Below, piece by piece: positions 29,982-38,521 of a stretch of DNA of 64,000 bases. Numbering within the stretch: position 1 is the first letter of the stretch; each line of letters opens with the position of its first letter. A program made the translations under genes and the position numbers. This stretch comes from Chitinophagaceae bacterium (lineage in GTDB: Bacteria > Bacteroidota > Bacteroidia > Chitinophagales > JADJOU01): NCBI GenBank assembly GCA_017495115.1, contig JAFEIJ010000015.1, forward strand, positions 3,553 to 67,552, given 5' to 3'. The notes under the pieces were generated by a model. It did no database searches. It was given only the letters and a program-made list of their open reading frames with translations, and was not told where the DNA came from.

Positions 29982-30440
29982 ATGAATTTACATAGACAAT
30001 GTCGAGAAAATATTTTGAATATTATTAAAAGCAACGATTTAGATTTTGTTAATCAAATTCCAAAAGGATTTAATAACAATTTACTTTGGCACGCTGGGCA
30101 TATTATTTGTGTGTTTGATATTTTAGCCGTTCAATTTGGGCATCAAAAAAGTATACTTTCTGATACTTTTATTAATGATTTTAAAAAAGGTAGTGTTCCA
30201 AAAAAGTACTCTATTGAAGATAAAAATTTTATTGAAAAATTGTTAATCGAACAACTAAATCAATTTGAATTATCAAATGATACCAATAATTACCAAACGT
30301 ATACAACCAGTTTTGGAAATACTATACAAAATCAAGAAGAAGCGCTTTCTTTTATTCTAATTCACGAAGGAATTCATTTTGGTTATGTATTAAATATTTT
30401 AAGATTTTTAAATTTAAACCATGATCACAGCAATTCATAA
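29982..30440 (+). CDS. DinB/YfiT-like metal-dependent hydrolase superfamily protein
   Basis: LLWHAGHI and LIHEGIHFGY are the His triad motifs of the DinB_2 family. Confidence 0.7.
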   Translation: MNLHRQCRENILNIIKSNDLDFVNQIPKGFNNNLLWHAGHIICVFDILAVQFGHQKSILSDTFINDFKKGSVPKKYSIEDKNFIEKLLIEQLNQFELSNDTNNYQTYTTSFGNTIQNQEEALSFILIHEGIHFGYVLNILRFLNLNHDHSNS

Positions 30441-31164
30441 TCATCAATTTGATCTCTCGAATCCATTAGACATTTCCATTCCATTTCACAGTGGATTTGG
30501 GCAAGTGAATGCATTTCATGCGCCACCCGTTCGCATTTCGCCTGTAAAAGAAGGCGATTTTGTTGGGAGCACGAAATTAGGAGGCGTGGTTAATTTTATG
30601 AATTTTCAATGTAATCCACACGGAAACGGCACGCATACCGAATGTGTAGGACATATTTCAAAAGAAACGTACAACGTCAATACCTGTATTGAAGATGCGT
30701 TTTATATTTCAGAATTGATTTCTATTTTCCCCAATATGACTCCAAACGGCGATAAAGTGATTGAGCGTTTTCATCTTGAACAGTTTGCCACTTTAGATAA
30801 AAATATTGATGCTTTAATTATCCGAACGTTATCCAATGAATTGGAAAAACAAAGCAGAAATTATTCTGGAAGCAATCCGGTTTACCTGACGCCTGACGCT
30901 ATGGAATGGATTGTAGAGCAAGGATATAAGCATCTTCTTGTTGATATGCCAAGTGTTGATCGTGAAGAAGATGGCGGCGCATTGGCTTGCCACAAAATTT
31001 TCTGGAATTACCCTGAATTGCCTCAAACTCAAAAATCAATTACCGAATTAATTTTTGTACCGAATGAAATTAAAGACGGAATTTATTTATTAAAATTAAA
31101 TTTCATGAATCTCACGATGGATGCGGCACCTAGCAAGCCAACACTTTATTTAAAAATTAAGTAA
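30421..31164 (+). CDS. cyclase family protein (arylformamidase-like)
   Basis: GTHTECVGH and LLVDMPSVDRE.DGG motifs of the putative cyclase / kynurenine formamidase family. Confidence 0.7.
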   Translation: MITAIHNHQFDLSNPLDISIPFHSGFGQVNAFHAPPVRISPVKEGDFVGSTKLGGVVNFMNFQCNPHGNGTHTECVGHISKETYNVNTCIEDAFYISELISIFPNMTPNGDKVIERFHLEQFATLDKNIDALIIRTLSNELEKQSRNYSGSNPVYLTPDAMEWIVEQGYKHLLVDMPSVDREEDGGALACHKIFWNYPELPQTQKSITELIFVPNEIKDGIYLLKLNFMNLTMDAAPSKPTLYLKIK

Positions 31165-31166
31165 AC

Positions 31167-31958
31167 ATGAAAAAAGTTACGATTGTACAAGCAAGAATGA
31201 GTTCCACTCGATTTCCGGGCAAAGTACTTAAAGATATTTTAGGAAAACCTCTACTAATTCGAATGGTAGAACGGTTGCAAATGTCAAAATTATGCGGAAA
31301 AGTAATTGTAGCCCTTTCAGATAATCCTAATGACGATCCATTAGAAAAACTATTAAAGGAAAATGAAATCCCTTTTTTCAGAGGTAATGAAAATGATTTG
31401 CTTGAAAGGCATTATTTATGTGCAAAAGAAGAAAAAGCCGATATTGTTTCAAAAATCCCTTCGGACTGTCCGCTGATTTGCCCAAAGGTTATCGACAAGG
31501 TGTTTTTGGCATTTGAAAATGGGACGTATGACTATTATAGCAACTTACATCCGGCAACGTATCCCGATGGAAATGATGTTGAAATATTTACATTTTCAGC
31601 TCTAGAAAAAGCCTTTAATGAAGCCAAAAGGCCTTTGGAAAGAGAACATACAACCCCTTATTTTTGGGAAAATCCGAATTTGTTTAAAATAGGGAATTAT
31701 GCTTGGGAATCGGGAAAAGACTTTTCGATGTCGCATCGATTTACCATTGATTATAAAGAAGATTATGATTTTATAAAATGTGTTTATGAAGCGCTTTATC
31801 CTCAAAAGAATCATTTTGATCTCGAAGATATTTTAAATTTGCTTGAATCGCGACCTGATATTTTTGAAATCAATCAAAATTATGCAGGAGTCAATTGGTA
31901 TCGAAATCATTTAGATGAACTGACAACCATTGCACCCAATCAAACAAAAAAAATATAA
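31167..31958 (+). CDS. cytidylyltransferase family protein (SpsF/NeuA-like)
   Basis: N-terminal IVQARMSSTRFPGKVLKDILGKPLL is typical of SpsF-type acylneuraminate cytidylyltransferase-fold enzymes. Confidence 0.7.
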   Translation: MKKVTIVQARMSSTRFPGKVLKDILGKPLLIRMVERLQMSKLCGKVIVALSDNPNDDPLEKLLKENEIPFFRGNENDLLERHYLCAKEEKADIVSKIPSDCPLICPKVIDKVFLAFENGTYDYYSNLHPATYPDGNDVEIFTFSALEKAFNEAKRPLEREHTTPYFWENPNLFKIGNYAWESGKDFSMSHRFTIDYKEDYDFIKCVYEALYPQKNHFDLEDILNLLESRPDIFEINQNYAGVNWYRNHLDELTTIAPNQTKKI

Positions 31959-32018
31959 GAATGCGTTTCGTTTAATATGCGTTTCAAGTTTTTATATTCC
32001 GTTTTGATTAAATTAAGC

Positions 32019-32026
32019 TATTTTTG
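32019..32026 (+). promoter_or_regulatory. -7 box TATTTTTG (der)
   Basis: 27 nt before GTG 32054. It overlaps the ORF-track TTG start. Confidence 0.5.
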
Positions 32027-32053
32027 CGCTTTTTGAATTTAATACCAAATAAA

Positions 32054-33442
32054 GTGAATAGAACGGTAGCGATTGTTGGAAGACCCAATGTGGGTAAATC
32101 TACATTTTTTAATAGAATGATTGGCCAACGAAAAGCAATAATTGATGATATTAGTGGCGTAACAAGAGATCGTATATACGGAGAAGTAGATTGGAATGGC
32201 GTTCATTTTGATTTAATTGATACTGGCGGATATGTGAGTCATACGGATGATGTTTTTGAAAAGGCGATTAAAGAGCAAGTAAAAATTGCGATTGATGAAG
32301 CTCAGGTAATCTTATTTTTAGTAGATGTAACCACAGGAATTACAGATTTAGATGATAGTGTAGCCGATTTACTTCGTAAATCTAAAAAAGAAGTTTTGGT
32401 TGTTGTAAATAAAGTCGATAATATTTCCCGTTCCCATGAAGCCATGGAATTTTACAGTTTAGGTTTTGCGGAAATTTTCCCTGTAAGTTCGTTAAGTGGA
32501 AGTGGAACAGGAGAAATCCTTGATGCAGTAGTAGAAAGATTGCCTAAAGATGAGGATGAATTTATAAAAAATAATGAAGAAATTGAAAATATTCATTGGA
32601 AAGAGGATTTAACGGTTGATGATGAAGATGAAGATGCGGAAACAACAATTAATACGGTCCCAAAAATTGCGATTATTGGGCAACCAAACGTAGGAAAAAG
32701 CTCCATGGTAAATGCTTTGATGGGTGAACAACGAAATATTGTAACCGATGTCGCTGGAACGACTAGAGATAGTATTCATTCGCATTTTAATAAATTTGGA
32801 AAAGAATTTGTTTTAGTTGATACTGCCGGTATTCGTAAGAAAACCAAAGTACATGAGAATTTAGAATTTTACAGTGTTATTCGAGCGATACGAGCAGTAG
32901 AAGAATCGGATATTGTAATGATTATGATCGATGCCAAATTCGGGCTAGAAGCTCAAGATATGGCTTTGTTCAAATTGGTACAACGACGAAAAAAAGGTAT
33001 TTTACTCGTTGTAAATAAATGGGACTTAATCGAAAAAGAAACCAATACACTCAGAGATTATGAAGCGGCTTTAAGAACTAAATTAGCGCCACATAATGAT
33101 ATTCCAATTTTATTTACTTCGGTGCTAGAAAAACAACGTATTTATAACATACTTGAACTAATCAGTGAAATTCATACGAATATGAATAAACGAATTAGCA
33201 CGAGAGTTTTAAACGATGTGATGCTTAAAATTATTGAAAAATCACCACCTCCACCATATCGTGCTAGCTCAATTAAAATCAAATACATTACGCAATTACA
33301 TTCAAAAAATCCAACTTTTGCATTTTTCTGTAACCATCCAAAATATTTACCCGAAAATTACAAAAGCTTTTTGAAAAACAAATTACGCGAGCAATTTGAT
33401 TTTAAAGGCGTTAGTATCAACATGATTTTTAAAGAAAAATAA
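32054..33442 (+). CDS. der: ribosome biogenesis GTPase Der (EngA)
   Basis: Two GTPase domains (GRPNVGKST, DTGG, NKVD; GQPNVGKSS, DTAG, NKWD) plus a KH-like C-terminus. I start it at GTG 32054 because the ORF-track TTG (32024) lies inside the TATTTTTG -7 box at 32019-32026. Confidence 0.9.
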   Translation: MNRTVAIVGRPNVGKSTFFNRMIGQRKAIIDDISGVTRDRIYGEVDWNGVHFDLIDTGGYVSHTDDVFEKAIKEQVKIAIDEAQVILFLVDVTTGITDLDDSVADLLRKSKKEVLVVVNKVDNISRSHEAMEFYSLGFAEIFPVSSLSGSGTGEILDAVVERLPKDEDEFIKNNEEIENIHWKEDLTVDDEDEDAETTINTVPKIAIIGQPNVGKSSMVNALMGEQRNIVTDVAGTTRDSIHSHFNKFGKEFVLVDTAGIRKKTKVHENLEFYSVIRAIRAVEESDIVMIMIDAKFGLEAQDMALFKLVQRRKKGILLVVNKWDLIEKETNTLRDYEAALRTKLAPHNDIPILFTSVLEKQRIYNILELISEIHTNMNKRISTRVLNDVMLKIIEKSPPPPYRASSIKIKYITQLHSKNPTFAFFCNHPKYLPENYKSFLKNKLREQFDFKGVSINMIFKEK

Positions 33443-33498
33443 AAAGGAACGTCATTTTTTGACATATCAGATTTCTATTTTTGTATCAAAATTCAAAA

Positions 33499-33705
33499 AT
33501 GAGAAATTTAAAGTTCCTATTTCATACAAAGCAAAGTTGGCTTTATTTATTGATTTGCATCGTGTTTTTAGTTATTCTAATCATTTATAGTAATATTGGA
33601 ATTGATTTTGAATTATACAAAAACAAAAACTATGACATTTTAGGTGTTTTATTCCTTATATTTTTATCTTACTATATGGTCATTTTAAATTTTGATGAAA
33701 CATAA
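33499..33705 (+). CDS. small membrane protein (hypothetical)
   Basis: 68 aa from ATG 33499, with two hydrophobic helices. No family recognised. Confidence 0.3.
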   Translation: MRNLKFLFHTKQSWLYLLICIVFLVILIIYSNIGIDFELYKNKNYDILGVLFLIFLSYYMVILNFDET

Positions 33706-33749
33706 ATTCTTTTTTTTATTTTTTTAAACTTCAATTGGACAAAATTCTT

Positions 33750-33757
33750 TATCTTTG
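33750..33757 (+). promoter_or_regulatory. -7 box TATCTTTG (bamD-rpoZ-coaC-mutS2 cluster)
   Basis: 15 nt before ATG 33773. Confidence 0.55.
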
Positions 33758-33772
33758 CCAATTGTGAAAAAA

Positions 33773-34882
33773 ATGTATATATTTTATCTTATTGGCTTAA
33801 TTGCATTGTTATCGGGTTGTATTGATTCTCAAAAAGTCATTAAAAGTTCCGATCGTGCCTACAAATATAAAATGGCTAGCCAATGGTTTCAACAAGGGAA
33901 ATATATCCATGCCGTTCCAGTGATTGAAGACTTAATGGTAATATACAAAGGAACCGATACGGCACCGAAGTTATATTTTATGCTGGCCGAAAGTTATTAT
34001 TTGAATAAAGAATATACCGTTGCTGCGTATCACTATAAAACATACAAATATTTGTATGGGAAAACACCAAATGCTGAAATTGCAACTTATAAATTAGCGG
34101 ATTGTTATGCAAAACAAGTTGCTCCAGTTGAATTAGATCAAGTAGATACTAAAAAAGCTATTGACTATTTTAAAGTATTTTTATCTGAATATCCTTACAG
34201 TGGAAAAAACAATGAAGCGCAAAAGCAAATTGAACAGTTAAAAAGAAATTTAGAAGTAAAAGCCTTGATGTCGGCGGATTTGTATTACAAAACACAAAAT
34301 TATAGAGCGGCTTCGTATACCTACAAAAATGTCATTAATCAGTTTCCTGAGATTAGAGAATTTGAAGAAATTTATTATAAAATTGTAGTTTCAAATTATA
34401 ATTTTGCCAAAAAAAGTATTCTAAAAAAACAACCCGAACGTTTTGAAACTACAATTAATGAAGCGCAATCTTTTTTAAGTCGTTTTCAAAAAAGTAAACA
34501 TCGTAAAGAAATTGCCGAAATTATAGAAAATTCAAATGTTGAACTATTAAAATCTTCTTTAAAATTTGCACAAACTACGTATCCTGTTGAAGATAGACCT
34601 ATTTATTTTACAGAAGCTATTAGTGCTTTTCAATCTTTTGAAAAAGAAATAAAAGATAAGCCAAATTTTTTAAATTCGTATCTTGATGATTGCTATTACG
34701 GCATTTTGAATAGTAGTTATATTATCGTAGATCAAACAAAAGAACAAGCGTTAAAAGAAAAGCATTTTACGTTATTTCTTGAAAACTATAATAAATACAA
34801 ATATTCTTACACTAAAGACTCAAAAGCTTCAAAACAAGCGGATGAACTTTATAAAAAAATACATAAACTCGTTAACTTATAA
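33773..34882 (+). CDS. bamD: outer membrane protein assembly factor BamD-like TPR lipoprotein
   Basis: Lipobox LLSGC. TPR-like helical repeats. The bamD-rpoZ-coaBC order is typical of Flavobacteriia. ATG 33773 lies 15 nt after the TATCTTTG box. Confidence 0.6.
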   Translation: MYIFYLIGLIALLSGCIDSQKVIKSSDRAYKYKMASQWFQQGKYIHAVPVIEDLMVIYKGTDTAPKLYFMLAESYYLNKEYTVAAYHYKTYKYLYGKTPNAEIATYKLADCYAKQVAPVELDQVDTKKAIDYFKVFLSEYPYSGKNNEAQKQIEQLKRNLEVKALMSADLYYKTQNYRAASYTYKNVINQFPEIREFEEIYYKIVVSNYNFAKKSILKKQPERFETTINEAQSFLSRFQKSKHRKEIAEIIENSNVELLKSSLKFAQTTYPVEDRPIYFTEAISAFQSFEKEIKDKPNFLNSYLDDCYYGILNSSYIIVDQTKEQALKEKHFTLFLENYNKYKYSYTKDSKASKQADELYKKIHKLVNL

Positions 34883-34897
34883 TTTAAAATTTATTAT

Positions 34898-35236
34898 ATG
34901 AGCAAAATAAATGAATATTTAGCTTTCTCTACAGAAAATTACATCAACACTCAAAATCTCGATGAGATTTTTGAAAACACTGGTAATTTATACCAATCTA
35001 TTGTTATTATCGCAAAAAGAGCGAATCAAATTGCTTCTGAGTTGAAAAATGAATTACATTTCAAACTTGAAGATATGCGAAAAATTACAGATGAAATTGA
35101 TGAAATAACGGAAAGTAGAGAGCAAATCGAACTTTCTAAACATTATGAAAAGTTGGCTCATCCTACGTTAATTGCAACTAAAGAATTTTTAGAAAACCGT
35201 TTGGAGTTCCGCGCGCTTCAAGATTCTTCTAACTAG
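34898..35236 (+). CDS. rpoZ: DNA-directed RNA polymerase subunit omega
   Basis: 112 aa. NLYQSIVIIAKRANQI resembles the omega/Rpb6 core helix. Conserved position between bamD and coaC. Confidence 0.6.
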   Translation: MSKINEYLAFSTENYINTQNLDEIFENTGNLYQSIVIIAKRANQIASELKNELHFKLEDMRKITDEIDEITESREQIELSKHYEKLAHPTLIATKEFLENRLEFRALQDSSN

Positions 35237-35256
35237 AATTCGTTTAAAGACGTATC

Positions 35257-35781
35257 ATGGCTTCCAAAAAAATCATCTTAGGAGTAACTGGAAGTATTGC
35301 TGCATATAAATCGGCCCTTTTAATTCGTTTATTAGTTAAAAATGGGCATGAAGTGCAATGTGTAGCCACAGAAGATGCACTCCAATTTATTGGTGGAATT
35401 ACTCTTAGTACGTTGTCAAAAAAAAGTTTGATTACCTCTTTAAAAAAGGACAATGATTGGACAAATCATGTATCAAATGCTTTGTGGGCCGATTTAATGC
35501 TTATTGCGCCCGCAACGCTAAATACCATAGGAAAAGCCGCAAATGGCATTTGTGACAATGCGCTTTTAGCGATGTATTTTTCTGCTAAATGCCCTGTTTA
35601 TTGGGCGCCAGCAATGGATTTAGATATGTATAAACATCCGTCAAATCAAAAAAATATCCATTCACTTATTGAAATCGGCAATCAACTTATTTTTCCCGAA
35701 GAAGGTGAACTCGCTAGTGGTTTATATGGCGTCGGGCGAATGGCGGAACCTGAAAATATTCTGAGTTTTTTAAATCTATAA
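35257..35781 (+). CDS. coaC: phosphopantothenoylcysteine decarboxylase (flavoprotein, CoaC domain only)
   Basis: ILGVTGSIAAYK, PATLNTIGK.ANGICDN and PAMD..M motifs of the CoaC flavoprotein domain. The ORF stops after 174 aa, and no CoaB (synthetase) domain follows. Confidence 0.75.
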   Translation: MASKKIILGVTGSIAAYKSALLIRLLVKNGHEVQCVATEDALQFIGGITLSTLSKKSLITSLKKDNDWTNHVSNALWADLMLIAPATLNTIGKAANGICDNALLAMYFSAKCPVYWAPAMDLDMYKHPSNQKNIHSLIEIGNQLIFPEEGELASGLYGVGRMAEPENILSFLNL

Positions 35782-35788
35782 TTTTTTC

Positions 35789-38155
35789 ATGACAAAATGG
35801 TCTTCATTAGAAAACTTTATCCATGAGATTGAATTTGATAAAGTTGTAGATATTATTTCGCAATTTTGTAGCCTAGAAAGCGGAATCCAAAAAATTAAAT
35901 CCTCAATCCTTTATACTCAGTTTAATGAGTTGCAAAATGTACATGATATCCATTTTGAATTTGCAAATATTATTCGAAATCAAATGGAATTTGGAAGTCG
36001 AAGAAATGATATTCTGCATTTATTAGAACATGTAGAAGTTGAAAACTTTTATTTAGAAGCTTCTGAAATTTTACAAATAAAAAAAACAATAGAAAATATT
36101 GGAGCCTGTAAAGCTTTTTTTGAAAAAACAGAAAACGCGAATAATTTCCCAAAACTGCACCAATATTTTATCAAAATATTTCACGACAAATCTTTAACGA
36201 ATTTAATTTCAAAACAAATTGACGAAAAAGGAATTGTTAAAGACGATGCATCGCCTAAGTTGCTTGAAATTAGAAACTTACAAAAACGTATTTTTAAAGA
36301 TATCGACCAAGTTTTTAGAAAACAAGTCAGTAGCTATAACGAAATGGGCTTTTTGGCCGAAACCGTAGAAAGTATCCGAAATGGACGACGCGTATTGGCT
36401 GTAAAAGCCGAAAAAAAGAGAAGTATTAAAGGAATCATTCATGATGAATCCGAGTCGGGAAGTATTGTATATATTGAACCCAATGCGCTGATTGAGCTTC
36501 ATAACGATGCGTTAAATATTGAAAATGAAGAAAAAAGAGAAATTATTAGAATTCTTAGGGTACTTACAAATCAAATCGGTACGCATAAAAAGTTACTTTT
36601 AATCTATCAAGAAGCCAATACCAATTTGGATATTTGGAACGCCAAAGCACAATGGGCAATAAAAATGGAATGTAGTCCGGTTGAAATTGCAATACAAAAT
36701 CAAATCAAACTCGTTAAAGCTTTTCATCCATTACTAAAATATAAAAATTCAAACGAAGGTAAAAAAACAATTTCTTTTGATGTAGACTTAAATCAAAATC
36801 AAAAAATGTTGATGATTTCGGGGCCTAACGCCGGAGGAAAATCTATAACGCTCAAATCTATCGGTTTACTCGTTTTGATGCATCAAATGGGCTTTCCCGT
36901 TCCTGTAGAATCTGGAAGCAAATTGCCTTTATTAAAAAAATACTTTTGCGACCTAAGTGATAATCAATCGATTGCAGATGAACTGAGTACGTATTCTTCT
37001 AAAATTGTAAGATGGAAACAAATACTCAATGAAGCTCAATCCGAAACTTTAATTTTAATGGATGAAATGGGTTCGGGAACCGATCCCAGCTTTGGAGCCG
37101 CAGTGGCTCAAGTGATTTTAGAATCTTGTATCGAAAAAAATAGTTTTATTGTTTGCACCACGCATTTTGGTACGCTTAAAAAATGGGCAGATCAAAATAA
37201 AAATATCATCAACGCTTCGATGCTTTTTGATGAAGAAAAATTGGAACCTTTATATATTTTAAAATTAGGAAAACCTGGAAGTAGTTATACCTTTCATATT
37301 GCAAAAAAAATGGGACTTCCTCATGAACTCATCAATAAAGCCGAAAAACTTTCGAATACAAAACAAGTAGAATACGACCGCATGTTGATGAATTTGGAGT
37401 TGAGAGAAAAGGAACTGATGAAACAAAAGGAAGCCTTAGAGCAAAATGAAAATGAAGCAAAAAAACAAATCAAAGATTGGAAAAAGATTTCAAACGAACT
37501 CGATTTATTGAGAAATAAAGTGAAGTTTGAACGTATGGTGTTTTTGAATGAAAAAGAAATTGAAAAACAAAAAATCATTAAAAAATATCACGAAGAATTA
37601 AAGCAAAAAGAGAAAAAAGAAGATTTGAAAACCATTGAAAAGGAAGTGATTAAAACCATTCAATCGAATCAAGAAAAAATAAAAGAAACCTATAAAGAAA
37701 TTCATAAAATACCCGAAAAACAAGAATTTAAACCCGGCGATTTTGTGCAATATATTCAAACCAATGCCATTGGCAAAATAGAAAAGATTGAGAAAAATAA
37801 AGCTATCGTTATTTTTGATCATCTCAAATCAAGTGTACCGATTTCTGATTTGATAAAGCTCAATGCAAATCCTCAAAAAAGTATAAAAGCCAAACAAAAA
37901 ATTGATGTTTCGAACACCAAAATTGATAATGTGTTGGATATTAGAGGCTTATTTTTGTCTGAAGCGATCGAAGAGGTTGAAAAATTTGTAAATGACAGTA
38001 TCATTCAAAATAAATTTCAAGTAAAAATCATTCACGGACGCGGCACGCTTCGCAATGAAATATTGAAATTATTAAATAAAACAAGTGTCATCGAAAAAAT
38101 AGAGTCTGCCAATGCATCCGATGGTGGCGAAGGCGCAAGTTGGATTACGTTTTAG
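35789..38155 (+). CDS. mutS2: endonuclease MutS2
   Basis: 788 aa. Walker A GPNAGGKS, MDE.GSGTDP, a coiled-coil linker, and a C-terminal Smr domain (LDIRG......V.IIHGRGTL). Confidence 0.9.
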   Translation: MTKWSSLENFIHEIEFDKVVDIISQFCSLESGIQKIKSSILYTQFNELQNVHDIHFEFANIIRNQMEFGSRRNDILHLLEHVEVENFYLEASEILQIKKTIENIGACKAFFEKTENANNFPKLHQYFIKIFHDKSLTNLISKQIDEKGIVKDDASPKLLEIRNLQKRIFKDIDQVFRKQVSSYNEMGFLAETVESIRNGRRVLAVKAEKKRSIKGIIHDESESGSIVYIEPNALIELHNDALNIENEEKREIIRILRVLTNQIGTHKKLLLIYQEANTNLDIWNAKAQWAIKMECSPVEIAIQNQIKLVKAFHPLLKYKNSNEGKKTISFDVDLNQNQKMLMISGPNAGGKSITLKSIGLLVLMHQMGFPVPVESGSKLPLLKKYFCDLSDNQSIADELSTYSSKIVRWKQILNEAQSETLILMDEMGSGTDPSFGAAVAQVILESCIEKNSFIVCTTHFGTLKKWADQNKNIINASMLFDEEKLEPLYILKLGKPGSSYTFHIAKKMGLPHELINKAEKLSNTKQVEYDRMLMNLELREKELMKQKEALEQNENEAKKQIKDWKKISNELDLLRNKVKFERMVFLNEKEIEKQKIIKKYHEELKQKEKKEDLKTIEKEVIKTIQSNQEKIKETYKEIHKIPEKQEFKPGDFVQYIQTNAIGKIEKIEKNKAIVIFDHLKSSVPISDLIKLNANPQKSIKAKQKIDVSNTKIDNVLDIRGLFLSEAIEEVEKFVNDSIIQNKFQVKIIHGRGTLRNEILKLLNKTSVIEKIESANASDGGEGASWITF

Positions 38156-38445
38156 GAATTTAAATCCATCGTTTTATTTTTTTGTTTAATAGCAATGATA
38201 AGAAAATTTATTGATTTTTTTTTGGATATTTTTATTTCCATCTATTCTCAGGCTGTGGGTTGCATAGACTTAATAAGGTAAAATGAATACGAATGGTTCG
38301 AAGCACTAATTATCAAAGATAAATATATTAAAAATACGAAATAATGGAATATAGCTATACCCTATGTAAATACTCTAAAAATGTTAATTATTTATAAAAA
38401 TTTTAATATTTGTAAAAATTATTTTATAATTGCATATATTAACGA

Positions 38446-38454
38446 GTTAGCGGT
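38446..38454 (+). repeat. GTTAGCGGT half-site, exact reverse complement of the ACCGCTAAC start of elements A and C
   Basis: 67 nt upstream of the GmrSD-like ATG. It pairs conceptually with 40361-40369. Confidence 0.5.
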
Positions 38455-38521
38455 CATTTTAGGAGAACCACACAAATCCAACAAACGACAAGTCTACAAA
38501 AAACAAAAGACAGTAAAAAAT

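Noticed and set aside
31961-31985. 9-nt direct repeat ATGCGTTTC x2 (31961-31969, 31977-31985) upstream of the der promoter.
   Set aside because: It is a single short pair with no further copies seen and no known cognate regulator. It could be chance.
38304-38320. GGTTCGAAGCACTAATT at the left edge of the islet contains the reverse complement of the GTGCTTCGAA / TTAGTGCTT words of elements A and C, possibly a terminal inverted repeat.
   Set aside because: Only 9-10 nt match and the surrounding sequence does not align. It is recorded as a hint, not a feature.
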